Shown here piece after piece: positions 59,751-64,000 of a stretch of 64,000 nucleotides of DNA. The stretch covers positions 1 to 64,000 of the IMG/VR virus record IMGVR_UViG_3300042540_001399. One strand, written 5' to 3'. The notes beneath the pieces are model-generated. The model made no database searches. It saw only the letters and a program-made list of their open reading frames with translations, and was not told the DNA's origin. Each line of letters starts with the position of its first letter. Within the stretch, counting starts at the first letter, position 1. The translations under genes were made by a program, and so were the position numbers.

Positions 59751-61592
59751 ATGGCAGAAAAGAAAATTTCATACACGGTAAGGGACTTCCAAGGAGTAAG
59801 GACTGAATTAGTCAACTACGTCAAAACTTACTATCCTGAATTAATTCAAAACTTTAATGATGCATCTGTTTTTTCAGTTTTGATGGACTTGAATGCTGCG
59901 GTCGCGGATAACCTTAATTTTCAAATTGATAGGAGTATCCAAGAAACAGTTTTACAGTACGCTCAACAAAAAACATCACTTTTTAATATCGCTAGAACCT
60001 ACGGATTAAAAATACCGGGACAAAGACCTTCGATATCTTTGGTTGATTTTTCAATCACTGTTCCTGCCTTTGGTGACAAAGAAGATATAAGATATTGTGG
60101 TATTTTAAGACGTGGAACACAAGTCAACGGTGCTGGACAGTCTTTCGAAACGGTATATGATATTGATTTTTCTTCGCAATATAATGGCGAAGGACAACCT
60201 AATTCCCGAATTGTTAGACCTAACGTTGATGCAAATGGTACGATAATTAATTATACAGTAACTAAACGTGAAGTTGTGTTAAATGGTTTAACCAAAGTTT
60301 TCAAAAGAGTAATTACCCCTAATGATGTAAGACCATTTTTTGAACTTTTCTTACCCGAAAGAAATGTTTTAGGTGTTACAAGTGTTATTGTTAAAGATGG
60401 TTCACAATATAGTAACGTTCCTTCGGATCAAGAGTTTTTATCACCAAATGGTAGATGGTATGAAGTAAGAGCTCTTGTTGACGACAGAGTTTTTGTTGAA
60501 GACCCAACAAAACCTTCTGACGCGCCAGGAATAAAAATTGGTAGATATATAAGTACAAGTGACAAGTTTATAACAGAATATACACCCCAAGGGTTTTTAA
60601 AACTTACATTTGGTGGTGGTAATAATTCCGCAGAAGATCAATTGCGTGAATTTGCAAGGAACGGACAATCAATAAACATAAATAAGTATGTTAATAATTT
60701 AGGGTTAGGAAACACTTTAAAATCCAATTCAACCTTGTTTATACAATATCGAGTTGGGGGTGGTGTTGCAAGTAATGTTGGAATTGGTGTTATAACACAA
60801 GTTCAGAGAAGCAACTTTTTTGTAAACGGTCCATCTGAAAACATAAATACAAGTGTGGTTAATTCCCTAAGTTGTACAAACCCAATAGCCGCGGTTGGTG
60901 GGGCGGGAGCACCAACATTGGAAGAAATCAGAAACTTTGTTTCATTCAACTTTTCAGCTCAAAACAGAGCGGTTACAGTTAATGACTATGATTCAATATT
61001 AAGAAACATGCCTTCCCAATTTGGAGCACCATCTAAAGTATCGATAGTTGAAGAAAATAATAAAATAAAAATCAAACTTCTATCTTACGATTCTAACGGA
61101 ACGTTAACATCTATTGTACCTAACGCACTTAAAACTAACATCGCTAATTACCTGTCAAATTATAGAATGATAAATGATTATGTTTCTGTAGAAAGTGCTA
61201 ATGTTATTGATTTAGGGTTTGACATATCTGTGGTTTTAGATTCATCACAAAGTCAAGGATCAATTATTGCAAAAATAGTTGACATAGTATCAACATATAT
61301 GTCACCGACATCAAGACAACTAGGTCAAAACGTTAATGTATCTGAACTAAGAAGACAAATTCAAACAGAAAACGGGGTGTTGTCTATATCTGATATTCAA
61401 GTTTTTAATAAAGTTGGAGGACAATATTCATCATCACAAACTTCACAACCATATTCAAATCAAGCGACAAAACAGATTGAACTTATTTCAGATACTATCT
61501 TTGCAGAACCAACTCAAATCTACCAAGTAAGATTCCCAAATAAAGATATTAGAGTAAGTGTGGTCAATTTATCTACAGTTACATTCTCTTGA
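59751..61592 (+). CDS. Baseplate wedge protein (gp6 / baseplate J-like)
   Basis: RDFQGVR.ELV, YRVGGG..SNV, AAVGGA...TLEEIR, AQNRAVTVNDY. Confidence 0.85.
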   Translation: MAEKKISYTVRDFQGVRTELVNYVKTYYPELIQNFNDASVFSVLMDLNAAVADNLNFQIDRSIQETVLQYAQQKTSLFNIARTYGLKIPGQRPSISLVDFSITVPAFGDKEDIRYCGILRRGTQVNGAGQSFETVYDIDFSSQYNGEGQPNSRIVRPNVDANGTIINYTVTKREVVLNGLTKVFKRVITPNDVRPFFELFLPERNVLGVTSVIVKDGSQYSNVPSDQEFLSPNGRWYEVRALVDDRVFVEDPTKPSDAPGIKIGRYISTSDKFITEYTPQGFLKLTFGGGNNSAEDQLREFARNGQSININKYVNNLGLGNTLKSNSTLFIQYRVGGGVASNVGIGVITQVQRSNFFVNGPSENINTSVVNSLSCTNPIAAVGGAGAPTLEEIRNFVSFNFSAQNRAVTVNDYDSILRNMPSQFGAPSKVSIVEENNKIKIKLLSYDSNGTLTSIVPNALKTNIANYLSNYRMINDYVSVESANVIDLGFDISVVLDSSQSQGSIIAKIVDIVSTYMSPTSRQLGQNVNVSELRRQIQTENGVLSISDIQVFNKVGGQYSSSQTSQPYSNQATKQIELISDTIFAEPTQIYQVRFPNKDIRVSVVNLSTVTFS

Positions 61593-61664
61593 TAATTTCC
61601 TTTTCTCATAAAACGATTATTTTTCTAAAATAGGAAATAAACTATTTATCAAGAAAAGAAATTA

Positions 61665-64000
61665 ATGCCACATTCATATAGAATTAGAACCAATATAGGT
61701 GTTGATAAAGCTGTAAATTTGAAGTTCGAACAAGATTTTGATTTTATAGAAATTTTATCGTTAAAGTTAACACAAGCCGAAGTTTATGAAAGAAGATGTT
61801 CAGACTACGGGGTAATTGCTGGAAGGGTTTCTGTGAATGGTGGTTTCGGTTTAGCAAATGCTAAATTATCTGTCTTCATACCGTTAACTAATGAAGATGA
61901 ATTAAATCCTATAATTAGTGAATTATATCCCTATAAAACATTAAATAGTAGAAATGAAGACGGGTATAAATACAATCTACTACCTAAATCACCAGAGTAT
62001 CCTGGCCACGTACCTACAGGTAGTTTTTTCGATAGGGATGAGGTAATTTTAGAAAAATCTATAATAGAAGTTTACGATAAGTATTATAAATATACTGTAA
62101 CTACAAACGAAAGTGGTGACTTCATGATTTTTGGAGTACCAACAGGGCAACAAACATTGGTTTTAAATCTTGACTTGTCCAATATCGGTTGTTTTTCTTT
62201 GACACCCCAAGACTTGATAGATAGTGGTTTTGCAGTTGAAAGCCAATTTAATGGATCACAATTTAAATCTTCAAACAATTTAAATGAATTACCACAAATT
62301 ATTACTTTAGTTAAGCAAGTCAATGTTGAACCCCTTTGGGGTGAACCTGATATTTGTTTTATTGGTATCACAAGACAAGATTTTGATCTTTCACAAGAAA
62401 TCAATTTAACAATCAAACCAAGTGCTGTATTCATGGGGTCAATAGCGTCAACCCAAGATGATCAGGCACTTAAAACTACCTGTAGAGTACCAAGTGCTGC
62501 CGGTAGTTTTTGTTCATTAAAGGCAGGACAAGGAAGAATATCCGCAGTCAGACAAACTATTGCTGTTGATGGTAATGGTTATCCTATTTTGGAAGAATAT
62601 CAAATTGAACAAGGGGGTAAAGTTATAGACGGGGACGGAACTTATCTTTTAAAAGTACCTATGAATTTGGATTACATAACTACTGATGAATTTGGTAATC
62701 AAGTTATATCATTAGACCCAACAGTTGGTATACCTACTAAAGGAAAATATAGATTTAAAATTAGTTGGCAAAATGATGGAGGAGCTCAAAGCGATGTCTT
62801 AAGAGCTAATTTTTTAGTTCCGAACATCAAAGAATATGGTTGGGCATCAACAACACCTAATGCAGACCCAACTTTGGGTGTACCTTTGAATTACTCTGTA
62901 TCAATACCGGGTACAACGACAAGTCAACCATCCGCATTAGTTTTACCAGCACAAACAGGGGGACTTATTCTTCAATCTTTTGTTAATACAGGTGACGTAT
63001 CGGTAACAATAAACGGTGTTCCTTACACAGGTAGTTTAACATCAATTCCTATAAACTCACCAGGTTCAGTGATAGGGATAAATTCTACTGCGGTTGACAC
63101 AACCCAAACACAAGATTTCCAATTCACGTTTTATGATCAGGCAACTTATGACTCTTTAAGGTCTTATGCTTTTAGTTTGGATTGGGACGATTATGGTGAT
63201 TCGTCTATGATTCAAGAAGCAATTAATTGTGAAGACAGATTTTATGAATTTAACTATAATAAAGTTTACACAACGGCCATGTTCTTGGATAGATACAAAA
63301 ATGGTATTTGGAAAGCAAGACATTTAGGTATTAAAGAAATTGACGACAGAGAATGTATATCAACAAGCAATCCATTTCCAGTCAATGATGCAGTACAAAA
63401 GTTTGATTTTATTTATTTTTTGGGGATGTTGTTGTTAAACATACTCACATTTCCAATACTTGTTCTACTTTTTGTCGCTCACTTTGTAGCTTGGATATGG
63501 CCTGTTATTAAGTGGGTTTTAGTTATTCTGTGTATATATTTTCTCTATATCCAAGTTCGTGAAACTATAGACGCAATAAATTCAGCACTTGAAACTGCCG
63601 CTGCGGCAATTCCTGGTGGACCAATAGTGAATATAGGTGCAATTCTTAGAGCTGCTTGGCAAATATTACAGGCCGTTTTTAAGTTAGCGTTGTATTTGGT
63701 TTTCTTTGCGTTTGTAATAGTATTCATAATAAGATTGAAAGGATTTCCAAGAATCGGATTACCAATGATATCTTATCCAGAATGTAACGCTTGTGATTGT
63801 GCGTGTAATAACGCCGAACTTGATGATGATTTTGATATCAGTTCCGTCACTCAACAAATAAATAATGAATACAACAATCAACAAACACAAGCCGGTAGTC
63901 CCGCTCAAACAACAACAGATAATACTTTTTTAGCCCCGTTGAGTTCACCAGCAACCTATTCCTTGGCTGAACACCCAAACTACCTTCAGAACGACCCTAA
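61665..64000 (+). CDS. Large putative structural protein with an internal multi-helix hydrophobic segment; runs off the 3' end, absent from the ORF track
   Basis: ATG 61665 after TATTTAT; reads MPHSYRIRTNIG...; same frame is open at 63360-63800 and at the window end. Confidence 0.75.
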   Translation, partial: MPHSYRIRTNIGVDKAVNLKFEQDFDFIEILSLKLTQAEVYERRCSDYGVIAGRVSVNGGFGLANAKLSVFIPLTNEDELNPIISELYPYKTLNSRNEDGYKYNLLPKSPEYPGHVPTGSFFDRDEVILEKSIIEVYDKYYKYTVTTNESGDFMIFGVPTGQQTLVLNLDLSNIGCFSLTPQDLIDSGFAVESQFNGSQFKSSNNLNELPQIITLVKQVNVEPLWGEPDICFIGITRQDFDLSQEINLTIKPSAVFMGSIASTQDDQALKTTCRVPSAAGSFCSLKAGQGRISAVRQTIAVDGNGYPILEEYQIEQGGKVIDGDGTYLLKVPMNLDYITTDEFGNQVISLDPTVGIPTKGKYRFKISWQNDGGAQSDVLRANFLVPNIKEYGWASTTPNADPTLGVPLNYSVSIPGTTTSQPSALVLPAQTGGLILQSFVNTGDVSVTINGVPYTGSLTSIPINSPGSVIGINSTAVDTTQTQDFQFTFYDQATYDSLRSYAFSLDWDDYGDSSMIQEAINCEDRFYEFNYNKVYTTAMFLDRYKNGIWKARHLGIKEIDDRECISTSNPFPVNDAVQKFDFIYFLGMLLLNILTFPILVLLFVAHFVAWIWPVIKWVLVILCIYFLYIQVRETIDAINSALETAAAAIPGGPIVNIGAILRAAWQILQAVFKLALYLVFFAFVIVFIIRLKGFPRIGLPMISYPECNACDCACNNAELDDDFDISSVTQQINNEYNNQQTQAGSPAQTTTDNTFLAPLSSPATYSLAEHPNYLQNDP

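Noticed and set aside
8303-63727. Many 60-160 aa ORFs nested antisense to, or out of frame within, larger genes
   Set aside because: Fully overlap well-supported genes and show no motifs or expression signals.
9405-64000. Stop-codon reassignment, as in some large phages
   Set aside because: Conserved genes are full length in the standard code, and TAA, TAG and TGA all serve as stops.

Overview
AT-rich segment of a large lytic myovirus (jumbo/T4-like architecture), read in the standard genetic code. No tRNA, rRNA, CRISPR array or integrase was seen. The window opens inside a giant proline-free G-X-Y (GTN/GTS/GTD) fibre gene (>3100 aa, 841 triplets visible) that ends in five 6-Cys modules. A cluster follows in which LamG-lectin and Thr/Pro-rich putative virion proteins are interleaved with five glycosyltransferase genes, two of them resembling protein-acceptor families (TibC/Aah-like heptosyltransferase fused to GT4 and FkbM domains; GT60 polypeptide GlcNAc-transferase). 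The remainder holds family B DNA polymerase, neck proteins, a peptidase-SOD-nuclease-like fusion, SNF2 helicase, tail sheath/tube/chaperone/tape measure/baseplate genes, SSB, RecA/UvsX, 5'-3' exonuclease, DnaB helicase, class II RNR and baseplate wedge genes. The best candidate for a new system is a phage-encoded virion protein glycosylation pathway together with its mucin/collagen-like acceptor sequences. Other notable signals: a probable +1 (or -2) frameshift in the tail chaperone, a recurrent TATTTAT promoter motif, an RHH regulator with GGTAG boxes next to the sheath gene, and an mRNA whose 5' and 3' ends are complementary. All family calls come from motif recognition by eye, not database searches.
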